Assembly (NCBI GenBank): GCA_951406725.2
Contig: OX597819.1
Span: forward strand, 22,382,001-22,446,000
Length of the DNA stretch: 64,000 nucleotides
Source: Octopus vulgaris
Taxonomy: Eukaryota
Direction: 5' to 3'
The notes under the pieces are model-generated. The model saw only the letters and a program-made list of their open reading frames with translations. It ran no database searches and was not told the DNA's origin. The position numbers and the translations under genes are program-made. The stretch's first letter is position 1; every line of letters begins with the position of its first letter. This document shows positions 13,004-26,759 of the stretch, piece by piece.

Positions 13004-13470
13004 GAGTGAGAGAGCAGTGCATGCCATCAAAGTGACACTGGGGTAAAATATACAAAGCCCTGTATACCCATCATGACTACTCGTCTGATAAAGGTACACC
13101 AGGCACATGCATCACAACCATATATGTGCGTGACATGGTGATCTCATATCAAGATAAACAGCACATGACCTTGCAGGTTGGGCCCACTTAGAATTTTCTT
13201 CAGGTCGAGTAACCCATCCCGCTCAAAAGGTCCCTGAATAAGGGTCATTTAAGGATGTTGAACGAAACACCCATGTTTCCAGAGGTGAATTATTCAAACC
13301 CCGAAGAATCCCTCTCAACGCATGGCTATGATGCTCCCCCACTACTTCTGCTCGTGATCAGAGATGCATGTATCGTCAGCGATTAAGGGACATGGTCAAC
13401 TGGTTAAGGTCAAACAACTGACAAGCAAATCTGTGGTATTGAGCAGAATATTTGCTGTAGCCCATCTTTT
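13001..13470 (-). mobile_element. ~470 bp non-coding (TAA)n-targeted retroposon
   Basis: Reverse complement of 18190-18653 and 18690-19153; bounded by TTA/TAA arrays on both sides. Confidence 0.75.
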
Positions 13471-13481
13471 TATTATTATTA

Positions 13482-13542
<61 letters not shown>

Positions 13543-13586
13543 TATTGTTATTATTATTATTATTATTATTATTGTTATTATTATTA

Positions 13587-13643
<57 letters not shown>

Positions 13644-14224
13644 AATATTATTATTTATAATTATACTATAGTGGACGTAATTTCAGTCAGTCTGTCTGTC
13701 CCTCACTGATGGTCAAACAGCTGGTCCAATGGTCACGATATATTCCGGGATTACGAAGGAGGTAATCAGGCAGGTGTTTAGCGAAAACAAAGATGCGAAA
13801 AGTATGATTACTTCTTGGATATTGGAGATGATTATTGAATTTACGGGCTTACTGAAAGTAAATAAAAATTTAGGGGAAATAACTCCTAATATAAGAAGCG
13901 AAGGGAAGTAATTCAGTTTACTTCTCCACTGAATTATACCATAAGCTTTAAGGAATGATTGTGAGGGTATGAGCTTATCTTTAATCGGTGTATGACTACT
14001 AGGGTCTTTGTCAATAGCAATTGTATGCATAAAATTGTGTAATGCCTTATTAAATTTTCCTTCCTTCCACGCCATTATGACCTGGAAACGGAAATCAAGA
14101 ATTGGAATGGGTAGGACTACCAGGAAAGCTACCGGTATAAAAATTAAGAGACAATCGAACAGTGAATACAGACAAACCCAACAGAATAAGGATATGGAAG
14201 CTCATAAAATTCGCCGTGATAGGG

Positions 14225-14450
14225 ATGTGAGAGCATCGGAACAGAACAGGGATACGCTAGCTCGCCAAATAACAGGGAGGAATCCTCAAGTGAGATCTTC
14301 GGAACAGAGCAGGGACACTTTAGCTCGCCAAGTGACACTCAAAATCCTCAAGTGAGATCTTCGGAACAGAGCAGGGACACTTTAGCTCGCCAAGTGACAC
14401 TCAAAATCCTCAAGTGAGAGCTTCGGAACACATAACGAACACCTTAGCTT
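14225..14450 (+). repeat. ~59-60 bp tandem repeat (about 4 units) in the Helitron N-terminal coding region
   Basis: gtgagatcttcggaacagagcagggacactttagctcgccaagtgacactcaaaatcctcaa repeated; translates as VR.SEQ.RDTLARQ. Confidence 0.85.
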
Positions 14451-14649
14451 TCCGAAAATCAAGATAAGTACAAGTACAAGAGGAAAATGATGCCTTGGTA
14501 AGCATTTTTTTTCGCTGAATAGGACAATGAGCGGATTACAGATTAGAATTTGATGACGATGCAGGAAAACTTTATTGAAAGTAACATTCCGTTATCATAC
14601 CGTTCTCACTACTACGGCTGCCTGGGTGATTATATATATTATATACATA

Positions 14650-14868
14650 TTTCTTTATTGCCCACAAGGGGCTAAACATAGAGGAGACAAACAAGGACAG
14701 ACAAAGTGATTAAGTCGATTACATCGACCCCAGTGTGTAACTGGTACTTTATTTATCGACCCCGAAAGGATGAAAGGTAAAGTCGACCTCGGCGGAATTT
14801 GAACTCACAACGTAACGACAGATGAAATACGGCTACGCATTTCGCCCGGCCTGCTACCGTTTCTGCCA
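14650..14868 (-). mobile_element. tRNA-derived SINE (GCCTTTCATCCTTTCGGGGTCGATAAA core family)
   Basis: Reverse complement of the SINE at 25115-25348. Confidence 0.85.
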
Positions 14869-17039
14869 ATGCCCATTGTTATTCAAAGCACTGGCCAGCA
14901 AAACCACCTTCCCTCTGCTGCGAAAACAGCAAAATCCAGCTGGAATCCATCCATAATTTGTCGGCAGACATTGTGTCGTTATGGAACGATAAAAATTTCA
15001 TAAATATTCGAGCGTATAATAACGCACCCGCATTTGCATCCATTGGTTGTGTTGCTGATAACCTCGATAACTGTATTTAATTTCACATTTAAAATCCAAA
15101 GTAAAGTGTATCACGCCACTGGATGCTTAATGCCAGATGCCAATCAACCGCCATCATTTGCACAGCTGTACCTTTTTGATACACATCATTAGACCAAAAA
15201 TCGAACGAAACATGAATGATCTGTAGGCGGATATATTGACGAAAGTACAAGGTGATATTCGGCAAGTAAATCCATACGTAGTATCATTTCAAGCTGCTAT
15301 AGAACTTTAGGCAACTGAGGATATCTTCATCCTTCTATATCATGACAAAATGCTCAAACCATCCAAGGCTCACTGTCACCAGTACAACTTGCTTATGAAT
15401 TCGGAGGTGACTGCATTGGTTCCGGGTAATATTAAGAACCCTTTAGACGTAAACATATACTGTCGTAATGGACATGATCATCGAATATACTCTATCCATC
15501 GATATGTTCTGCTACTACCGGAGCGAACAGATAGTTGGCAGCTCAGTATGAAGAAATCAAATGGACAAACATTAACAGTTATGAAATTTTACGCTTGCCA
15601 ACTGCACGTAGGAACTAATTCTGACAATAATAATATTTGAAGTAGAAAACTTTTACAGCAATATGCGGTAGATCAGTGGGCGAAAGTAGAACGGAGCAGA
15701 TGGGCGGAAATCCATCAAACGACAATCAGAGCAGAAAAATACTCATGGCTGCTAGGTGCTGTCAACCAAACTGATTTTCACCTTGAGTGCGAGTGGTGGA
15801 ACTGGCAAAACATATCTTATCAATGCCATCATAGATTTTCTGCTTTCGGAGAAAAAAAATCATACTCGCTACAGCTCTATCTGGGATTGCGGCAACATTG
15901 CTGCACAGTGACCGGACATTTCTTTCTCGGTTCAAAATGCCCAACTCGGTTAATCTGCACAACTCTTCAGAATGAACAGTCTAATAATAGTCGATGAAGT
16001 TTGCCAAAGCGACACGCCCATATATGAATGTTTGGATCGTTCCCTACGCAATATCAGATCGAACGAATCCGTTTGACGGAGTATATGTTCTTTTTGTAGG
16101 CAACTGGAAGCAGATTCTACCTGTTGTTAAACGTGGTAGACGAGCCCAAATAGTAGAAGCCACCTTGGAAAAATCGTACATCTGCAGGTCTGTGATGGAG
16201 TTTAGTCTAAAGAAAAACATGAGGGTACGAAATTCTTCAGATATAACTTTCGCAATCTATTTAAGCGACATTGTTTCCGGACAATGTTCGTTCACTGACC
16301 CACTGAGAAAAGTGATTCGAATTAGGCCAGATTTTGTACTCGAGACGTCATCTATTTCCGAAATATGCAAATTCGTCTTTAATGATTTAAGTGAATACTA
16401 CAAAATCGCATCATAGTTGTGTTGGCGAGTTGTCATCGCCTCGACCAGTGTGAATGAGTACATGGTTAGCAACTTACCTGGGGAAAGTAGAGAGTACTGT
16501 TGTTCGGATAAAATAGATGACGAGAGCTACCACCAGTACACACAGAATTTCATGAACAATTTAAATCGATTGGGATTGCCACTCCATAAAATCAAATTGA
16601 AAAATAACTGTCCGATAATGTTCCTTAGGAATTTTGATCCGGCCAGTGGACACTGCAGTGGAACAAGATACACAGTATCAGAACTAAATTCCAGTGTTAT
16701 CGAAGCAGTGATTGTAACTGACCCCCCGCAATGGTAAACGCGGATAACCCTTATATCAACCGATAAGGAGTTTCAGTTCCCATTTAGACACAGGCAGTTT
16801 CCTATACAACTGACATTCTCATTTACAGCAAACAAGGCACAGAGCCAGAGTTTAGTTCTTGTAGGTGTATTCTTACCCACTCTAATGTTTTCACACGTCT
16901 AGTTATACGTCGCTGTGTGTAGAGCAACGAAATCCAGTAATCCACACACAAAATATCGTCTACAAAGAAGATTTGAAATCATATTGACATCAAAATCCAT
17001 TGACACATGTTTCAATACATACTGTTTTTATGATTTCCC

Positions 17040-17108
<69 letters not shown>

Positions 17109-17128
17109 TAATAATAATAATAATAATG

Positions 17129-17639
<511 letters not shown>

Positions 17640-18078
17640 ATGTGTTTATTAATTGACATGAGTAATCCTTGCGATCACAATATAGCGGCGAAAGACTTTG
17701 ACAAGATCAGTAAATATAAAAACTTGCTAATAGAAACTGAAAAAAATGTGGCGTCTCAAGGCGTCTATAGTACCAGTGATTGTGGGATCTCTAGGAATGA
17801 TAAAAAAAGTACTGAAACTTTATTTGAAAATGACACCAGGCTTCCCTACAGGAAGTGCAAAAAATCGTGTTAATTGGAACGGCTTATGTACTGAGAATAG
17901 CATTATCACTGTGTAAACAACATCCATTCATGAATTTATTTGCTTATTAATGTTTTAAATACATATTTTACCTGTGAATTTGCGTGGGTAATCTGGGAAT
18001 GCATACAATGAGCTTCTCCGCCCTAGGTGTATGGAAAACACTCGGCGAGAAACGGAAGAAGATTTGAAGAAAGAAGGA

Positions 18079-18080
<2 letters not shown>
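17640..18080. mobile_element. Two short R4/Dong 3'-end fragments (+ strand 17640-17920, - strand 17975-18080)
   Basis: CLLIDMSNPCDHNIAAKDFDKISKYKNLLIE matches the C-terminus of ORF 56252-58252; 17995-18080 resembles the 3' UTR at 56088-56180. Confidence 0.7.
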
Positions 18081-18146
<66 letters not shown>

Positions 18147-18164
18147 TAATAATAATAATAATCA

Positions 18165-18652
18165 TGTACATTGTTTTGTCTTGGTATAAAAGATGGGCTA
18201 CAGCAAATATTCTGCTCAATACCACAGATTTTCTTGTCAGTTGTTTGACCTTAACCAGTTGAGCATGTCCCTTAGTGGCTGACGATATGTGCATCTCTGA
18301 TCACGAGCAGAAGTAGTGGGGGAGCATCATAGCCATGTGTTGAGAAGGATTCTTTGGGGTTTGAATAATTCACCTTTGGAAACATGGGTGTTTCGTTCAA
18401 CGTCCTTAAACAACCCTTATTCAGGGACCTTTTGAGCGGGATGGGCTACTCGACCTGAAGAAAATTCTAAGTGGGCCCCACCTGCAAGGTCATGTGCTGT
18501 TTATCTTGATATGAGATCACCATGTCGCGCACATATGGTTGTGATGCATGTGCCTGGTGTACCCTTATCATACGGGTAGTCATGATGGGTATACTGGGCT
18601 TCGTATATTTTACCCCAGTGTCACTTTGATGGCATGCTCTGCTCGCTCACTC

Positions 18653-18691
<39 letters not shown>

Positions 18692-19153
18692 GATGGGCTA
18701 CAGCAAATATTCTGCTCAATACCACAGATTTGCTTGTCAGTTGTTTGACCTTAACCAGTTGAGCATGTCCCTTAGTGGCTGACGATATGTGCATCTCTGA
18801 TCACGAGCAGAAGTAGTGGGGGAGCATCATAGCCATGTGTTGGGAGGGATTCTTTGGGGTTTGAATAATTCACCTCTGGAAACATGGGTGTTTCATTCAA
18901 CATCCTTAAACAACCCTTATTCAAGGACCATTTGAGCGGGATGGGCTACTCGACCTGAAGAAAATTTTAAGTGGGCCCCACCTGCAAGGTCATGTGCTGT
19001 TTATCTTGATGTGAGATCACCATGTCGCGCACATATGGTTGTGATGCATGTGCCTGGTGTACCCTTATCAGACGGGTGGTCATGATGGGTATACTGGGCT
19101 TCGTATATTTTACCCCAGTGTCACTTTGATGGCATGCACTGCTCTCTCACTCA
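18165..19153 (+). mobile_element. Two head-to-tail copies of the ~470 bp (TAA)n-targeted retroposon
   Basis: 18190-18653 and 18690-19153 are near-identical, each ending ctctcactcaataataa; separated by (TAA)n. Confidence 0.8.
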
Positions 19154-19591
19154 ATAATAATAATAAATAATAATAATAATAGCATTATCATTATCACTAT
19201 TAGCTTTATTTTGTTTTGGCGTTCATGATTTATTACCAGCAAAAACGCCTATACCGACCTGAAATCCGGTGTTTCTTATACTTTATGCGATTTATCACTT
19301 CACACCGAAACCTTTTGGTTTGCCAAAACCACGCCTTTGATTAGAAGAAACCGTTGTAGAAGTACGTACCTGTTCGTTGAATTGGTTTCAATATATTCTT
19401 CATACGTATTCGTTTTATGGAGACAGAACTGAGAAAGGAGGTAAACGATATATGAATTAGAATGAAAGTTATGATCTAAGTTGGATATTATTGAAACCAT
19501 CTTTACCTATGGTAACTTATAATAAATCTGTCTTGTAAAATATCTAATATTCGTTAGTGGAAACTATTATAATGCATGTATTTTTCTTTAG

Positions 19592-19732
19592 GTTGTCCGG
19601 GAGGATGTATCGACGACATTTTTTTTTGCCGCGATTTTAAAGAAGAATGGGTGGAAACGAAAACCGATATATGTGCCAAGCAAATATGCGACAAGTTTGA
19701 TGGTAAACTGAAAATAAAGGTAAAAGAGTTCT
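19592..19732 (+). CDS. Gene A coding exon 2: Cys-rich module 1 (SCPGGCIDDIFFCRDFKEEWVETKTDICAKQICDKFDGKLKIKVKEF)
   Basis: Acceptor tttttctttag|, donor TTCT|GTAAGT at 19733; 141 nt, phase 1-1, in frame with the signal exon; paralog at 61914-62048 keeps both splice sites, frame and all 5 Cys. Confidence 0.9.
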
Positions 19733-20225
19733 GTAAGTCGACAAAAAAAACAATTTCTTTTCTTCCTTTCACTGCGTGTTTAATGTATCAAAATCCCAAC
19801 GAAGGTTTATATTTGCTTTGTTTCAAATGGGATAGGCCTTGTTCGGTAGCTCTTAATTACTGACCATCTGCTAGCGTTAATTGTAAGATTGATGTACCCT
19901 AGCTCCCAGAAGGTCAATCCTTGATTAAAAGCAAAAAAGAGGTGTCGAAAATGCTCATTTTTCTTAACTTGACTTTCCATTTTAATGATCTGAAAATAAA
20001 TAAAAATTAACTAAAATTAACTAGAAAGAAAAACAAAATATTTTCCAAAATTATTCAAAAATAGAAAACTCGTAAAAAATAGATTCCAAAATTAAAAAAA
20101 GGCAATAAATTCCAAAATTTAAAAAAAACGGAGGTGAACTTAGTTGCCAACCCAATACAAAAGAGAATCCGACTTAATCAATTAAAACATTAAATGCGTG
20201 ATTTAAACTCAGAAGTATCTCCTCA

Positions 20226-20280
<55 letters not shown>

Positions 20281-20304
20281 ATATATAAATATATATACAT
20301 AAAT

Positions 20305-20354
<50 letters not shown>

Positions 20355-20412
20355 GTTTATGTTTTATGTTTGTTTTCCAGTTTCAGCTCTTGAGCTGTGG
20401 CCATGCTGGGGC

Positions 20413-20504
<92 letters not shown>

Positions 20505-20824
20505 TATATTAATTAACTAACGACAAGAAGGATTTTGATATTAAACTTTATGTGTGCGACTGCATTCAAAAGATTCTGTTGCATCGTCCTTTCAGTCTGG
20601 GTCTCATCAGGTACATTGATGCAGTTGTGTCTCACTAAAAATCTTATATATATATATATATATATATAAATATATATATAACGGGAAGCTTTATGAAAAT
20701 AGACAAAAGACGAAGGCAGGTGGAAAACAAACAAACAATTGTATTAGTATGGCGCTCAGGAAATATAAATAAAACAAGTCTTTAACGTTTCGAGCCTACG
20801 CTCTTCAACAGAAAGATATATATA

Positions 20825-22000
20825 CATAGCTGGAAAACTTGAAGAGTGGTTAGGTTACATGACTTTCTGAAAGAAGTCAGGCAGTCGAGGCCAACGGAAC
20901 CACCTTAAAGAAAACACAAATATTCAGCGGTGTTCCAGAGGGCACTGTCTTGCGACCACTACTTTTCATAGTGGCCCTCTCCGATATGCGCTCAACTGCC
21001 CGGATAGCCATCCTTGTTACCTACGCAGACGATACGCTTATATCAGAGAAAAGTCTCACAGAAAATACAGAATACCAGCGATGTTGCACACCTGCAGCAG
21101 AAGTTGGAGGCAATTTACAGATGGGCTGAAGACAATAATATACAGTTTAGTGCTGAAAAATTCCAAGCCCTGCACAACACTAACGTCCAAAACCGAATAT
21201 AATACTGACAGGGTAGACTGGTACACAGGGAATTACAATCCCAGGGCCCAAATCAGCGAGGGACATGGGTACGACATGAGTGATGATACTTCTTTCCAAG
21301 TCCACATTCCCAGGATGGTGACAAATTGCAGACGACTGGCTGGATGGAACCTGAGAACGTTGAAAACCAGAGAGAAGGAAACCGTGATTATTCTCTGGAG
21401 GACATTCGTCCTCAGCTGCCTGCACTATTGCTCCCAACTACGGTCACCCAACAGTGTAAAATTACAGCAGGCCTTGAAGCAATCCAGCGAAGCTTCACAA
21501 AGTAGATCGTCTCGTTGCGACAGTTCAGCTATTGAGAAAGCCTGAAACAGCTAAGACTCCACTCCCTGGAGCGAAGGCGGGTGAGGTATACAATAATATA
21601 CATCTGGAAGATCCTTGAAGGAATTGTGCCAAATTTTGTCATTCAAAGCTACCCCAATGCAGAGAACGAGTCGAAAGTGCAGAGTGCCAAAATGGCAGCA
21701 ACGCCATCACGCTTCAGGACCAGTTACTGCAACAGCCTGGGTTTCAGGAGCCCACAGCTTTTTAATATTCTTCCAAAGAGTGTGAGGGACCTACACAAAG
21801 TGGATTTAGGTACTTCAGATCAAAACTGGACCTCTTCCTTTCGAGTGTCCCAGGTGAACCTACCTTGCGGCAAGGGGTGCAAATGAAGGTAGTGACATCA
21901 GTCACCCTTATTCACCAAATGCCACATATTAGAGAAGGCTCTCAATAATAACAGTGTAGCAAAACGGCGGTGCCCCGCAGCTTTGAGCTGAAACTACGAA
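20825..22000 (+). mobile_element. CR1/L2-type LINE, 5'-truncated, degenerate
   Basis: SGVPEGTVL, YADDT, YTIIYIWKILEGIVPNF; same family as 34860-36753 including the 3' tail. Confidence 0.85.
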
Positions 22001-22019
22001 AAATGTGTATGTATGTATG

Positions 22020-22560
22020 TCAGGTCACTTTCGAGTGCTACTGGTAACATGTAACCCAGTACTACCTGTTGCATGGTCGGGTCGTCGGCGACTAAACCCG
22101 CAACCCCACCAAGCTCGCTTGGTGAGGAAGGTGTTTATTGGTCACCCTGCGGGATGAAAAACAAAACCCGTCAAAGGGCGGAGGAACTCATGAGAGTCAA
22201 CGGCCATCCAATAAATGTCTTAAAGCTGTATCATGCGCGGGGACATAGAATTAATTGGATTGAATACCCGATCGCGCAGTTAAACCATTGGGAGTGAAGG
22301 ACTCCTAGCCTTTGTTAGGGCATCCTTCTAGGAGAAGGCAACTCAGGTAATTGGGATAACTCCGACATAAAACCTGCGGCTCGATGTGTACCGATTATGT
22401 TGACTTGTTCTTCTTTTCGGATTATGACTGCTGTTGCTTAGTGAGTGGGATTGATTCAGTGCACAGCCTTTCCTCACTAAAAAAAAAAATCTTCTTGCAC
22501 AGGCATTGCACGATAACAACATTGATTAAGCTTCGTGCAATGACCATACTCGATAACGAG
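22020..22560 (+). mobile_element. Solo 5' UTR-like segment of the RTE element (non-autonomous derivative)
   Basis: 22240-22550 is the reverse complement of 4400-4690, which lies upstream of the RTE ORF; flanked by (TATG)n. Confidence 0.65.
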
Positions 22561-22572
22561 AGGGCAGCCACC

Positions 22573-22914
<342 letters not shown>

Positions 22915-24529
22915 AATAAGTTGAAGCAATCTTTCAACAAGTGATCACTGTTTCGCTACAATTGTTTCTGTACCAACTCTCTTTGCGACTCCAGCTTAAG
23001 CGATAATCGAAATGGAGATTTACGTAGTAGTAGCGCTTTTAGACATTAGTGTGGCACGTCATCAGACTTTCATCAATAATGCACTCTTACATTGCATGTC
23101 TTCCAATCATTTTCTTCTTTTAATTTTTGTTTTGCTTATATCAGAGAAAATTTTAAAAAAAATATTCTCAGAACGGTCAGTCTGTACAACATCCTCACCG
23201 GTACCAAATACCATTTCAGGGGTATATAATTATTTTAATTTACCTCTAGAGATAACGTTAGGCAGACACAAGAAACGACGGACAAAACTGATAACAAAGA
23301 CAACAAATAAGTATAGTGAGAGGATATTTAGAAGAACTAAAACTTATAAGAATAATGACATTTGTGATACGTGTTGGGAGGGGATGATGTTGAAAGTAGG
23401 AGAATGCCGTAAACTACTTGTTAGCAGCGGACGTATCCTGGTGGACTTAGAATGTGATATGGTGAGACATAAAAGGGAAAATGAAATAAAAAAAGGGAGA
23501 ATGTTAATGGGGTGCGTGTGCCCTGAAGAGTTAAAGCAGTAAAGTAGAATTTAGAATCGAAGACAAAGATGGCCAAGAAAGTTACAAACCCTGATCGTTT
23601 TGAACGAATATAGCTTAGGTGAATTGAAGATAAATAAAATGCAGGAAATAGAGGAATAAGGAAAATATTGGAAAAATAAATTCCGAATGAATTACAGAAT
23701 AGAAAGAAACTGGCGTAAAATATATAAAGTGTTAAGATTAAGAATTAAGAAAAGAAGATTATAATTAATAGAAGTAAAATATTATATAAGTTATGCAATA
23801 AATTGCTAATATTTTATCAATAGAGGAGTTGATGGGACATAGTGAGTGATAAATGATAGTTAAGAAGGAATAAAGATAGAACAGCCCTATAAAGGGGACT
23901 GCAGAAGGACAGGATTGGGATAAAATATAGAAAGTCAAAAATTAACAAAACCTACAAGTAGGTGTATATAAAATTATAAATTATAAAAATATATTAAGAA
24001 GTGAATAGTACGTTTAAATATTTAAAGAATAAATGTTTAGAATTATCAGAATTTAATATACCATATAAATGATGTAGTAAAATGCTAATTCTCTTGTACC
24101 AAATTAAAGTGATCACACGTACTTTGATTGCATACAAGGTATGAAAACGATTATTTTACTTTATTCCGATTTAGGAATATGAACTCAATATAAAAAGTGA
24201 ATAATAATTTACGTTAAATAAACATATATACCAGGATATCACCAACTGAAACGATGAGAGGGCAAAATTGTTAGCACGTCGGGCATATTCACTTATCGGA
24301 ATTTTTTCTACCTTTCTGACAAGAATTTAAATTTCTCTTAGATTTTGCATTCGATCCCTTCCAGGTCGATAAAATAAGTCCCAATTAAACATTAGAGTCA
24401 TTGTAATCGATTTCATAGTTCCCCCTGAAATTGCTGATATTTTGCCAAAGTCTTAGACTAGTGTAGGCATAATTATGTCATAAAAATAGTTTTAATAGAA
24501 TAATTAATATATTTTCTTATCAACAACAG

Positions 24530-24680
24530 ATTGTAAGTGGGATGATGGTGGATGTGTTGCTAAAAGTACAAAATGGAGTGTCGTCAGGGCCGGCGGGTCT
24601 TGCTGGTCATACACCTGCGACTATAAAGGAAAAACAGACGTTAGAGCCGAAAAGAAATTTCTCGGAAAATGTTCACCTCT
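24530..24680 (+). CDS. Gene A coding exon 3: Cys-rich module 2 (YCKWDDGGCVAKSTKWSVVRAGGSCWSYTCDYKGKTDVRAEKKFLGKCSP)
   Basis: Acceptor ttttcttatcaacaacag|, phase-1 start matching the previous exon, open frame, same C-x6-C-x6-W-x8-C-x4-C spacing as module 1; donor CTCT|GTGAGT at 24681. Confidence 0.8.
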
Positions 24681-24900
24681 GTGAGTATTTATGTGAAGCT
24701 ATTAAAATTACTTCATATATTACATTTTCTCAATATCATTGTTGCGTTGACCTTTTTGCAACATTTCCTCTTCTGTTCTAAATTTAGCTCAAACTTTGAA
24801 GTGAAAATACAAATCTGAGGATTTCGAGTTGAACATTAATACATTTAAAATACCTTTTTTTTTTTAAAATTTATAATGTGCTTGTCTTTTTGTTTTTCAG

Positions 24901-24985
24901 AGAAGCCCATGTCACACTGTTTACTATTTCTCAAGTAGATCATGACTGCTGCTATATTTTCAATATACAGGATATTCCATTATAG
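24901..24985 (+). CDS. Gene A probable last coding exon (LEAHVTLFTISQVDHDCCYIFNIQDIPL*)
   Basis: Strong acceptor cttgtctttttgtttttcag| 220 nt after the 24681 donor; phase-2 join is open to TAG 24983-24985, giving 148 aa with 12 mature Cys. No paralog in the window to confirm it. Confidence 0.55.
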
Positions 24986-25114
24986 TTTTTCTTAGCCAAT
25001 TTGTCATCAGAACTAGAGAGTAAAATAACTACATGCTTCTTCCTATTATCGTAGCAGATTGAACTTAGGGAGAAAATATCCCAACCATAATTTGGAGTGG
25101 CGAACGCCTTCTTC

Positions 25115-25530
25115 AAGGCAGCGAGATGGCAGAAACGTTAGCACTCCGGGCGAAATGCGTAGCCGTATTTCGTCTGCCGTTACGTTCTAGGTTCAAATTC
25201 CGCCGAGGTCGACTTTGCCTTTCATCCTTTCCGGGTCGATAAATTATGTACCAGTTACGCACTGAGGTCGATATAATCGACTTAATCCGTTTGTCTGTCC
25301 TTGTTTGTTCTCTCTGTGTTTAGCCCCTTGTGGGTAGTAAAGAAATAGGTATTTCGTCGGCCGCTACGTTCTGAGTTCAAATTCCGCCGACGTCGACTTT
25401 GCCTTTCATCCTTTCGGGGTCGATAAATTAAGTACCATTTACGCACTGGGGTCGATATAATCGACTTAATCCGTTTGTCTGTCCTCGTTTGTCCTCTCTG
25501 CGTTTAGCCCCTTGTGGGTAGTAAAGAAAA
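25115..25530 (+). mobile_element. tRNA-derived SINE with tandemly duplicated body
   Basis: Head aaggcagcgagatggcagaaacgttagcac, B-box ggttcaaattcc; body 25165-25348 repeated at 25349-25528. Confidence 0.85.
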
Positions 25531-26274
25531 GAGAAGAGAATCATAAAGGGGGTCATGAGATGGTAACATAGCTACATTTATCTATCTCCTTATCACCATC
25601 AAAAGCTCTAATGCAGCTAATTTTCCACGTCCACTAAGAATTAAAACAACGGGAAATTAAGAGTTAAGTTCTTGCTGCTGATCATGAATTAATTAATGCC
25701 AGATATTCTTCCCTACCTTTAATATACTGTGGCTATAAATTCGGTATGGCCACATTAAGGAACAAGTCTCAGAAGATGTCAGTAAGATAGGTGTTTATCC
25801 CCAGAAAGAGGGAGGGTGATGGTGACATAAACTATTTTAATATTGTCAGTTGAAAGGGTCCTAAAATAGAAGACAAAGTAGGTCAGAGTAAGATCTAAAT
25901 GGGTATTAAGGATACAGGGGAAAATTTATATCCAAAATTTAGAATGATTTATATATTGTATTTTGTACAGTCTATATACATTACTCTTTTACTCGTTTCA
26001 GAAAGCCGAAGTCGGCTGCGGTCATACTGGTGCAGCATCTTATATTTTATTCTTTTGTTTCAGACATGTGACTAAGGCTGCTCCGAAACAAAAGCATGGA
26101 ATGCCATAGTCATCTCTAATATGTTTGCCAGAAAGATAGAGCTCGCTCTCCTACACGAAAGTTAATACCCATTTCTTATTTCTGTTCAACACAATCGAAA
26201 TGAGTAAACTTCAAAATTCATAGTACACGTTTGGCAGCTGTTTTGACCCCTTTCGACGACGGCAGTATCTGGTA

Positions 26275-26650
<376 letters not shown>

Positions 26651-26759
26651 TTAAAATTGGGGGGGTTACCGCACGAATATGTGTTTGTGAATGCGTGTAG
26701 GTGGTGTGCGTGCGTATAGGAATTAGACTATAACCGAGTTGTTCCGACACCGTTCGATA

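Larger units (their letters stand above)
13657..17035 (+). mobile_element. Helitron RepHel remnant (PIF1-like helicase), many frameshifts and deletions
   Basis: GIAATLL near 15883, GNWKQILPVVKRG, SLKKNMRV, LPLHKIKLKNNCPIMFLRNFDPASGHCSGTRY, RQFPI..TANKAQ..SL near 16790-16850; N-terminal repeats at 14225-14450; SINE inserted at 14650-14868. Confidence 0.85.

Noticed and set aside
14225-14450. CRISPR-like array
   Set aside because: Contiguous tandem units without unique spacers, inside a Helitron ORF, in eukaryotic DNA.
19576-19863. 95-aa Cys-rich ORF as a stand-alone peptide gene
   Set aside because: The ATG lies upstream of the acceptor and the part after 19732 is intron; the paralog does not keep that frame beyond the GTAAGT donor.
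20575-20620. Hammerhead-like CTGATGA...GAAA on the minus strand
   Set aside because: No convincing stem I, II or III pairing and no cleavage triplet in register.
23012-23542. 176-aa ORF inside gene A intron
   Set aside because: No recognisable motif, no splice-phase fit with gene A, and it runs into A-rich decayed sequence; probably an old repeat.
24542-24781. 79-aa ORF MMVDVLLKV...
   Set aside because: Alternative frame over the real exon; the Cys-module frame fits the splice phases and repeats the module spacing.
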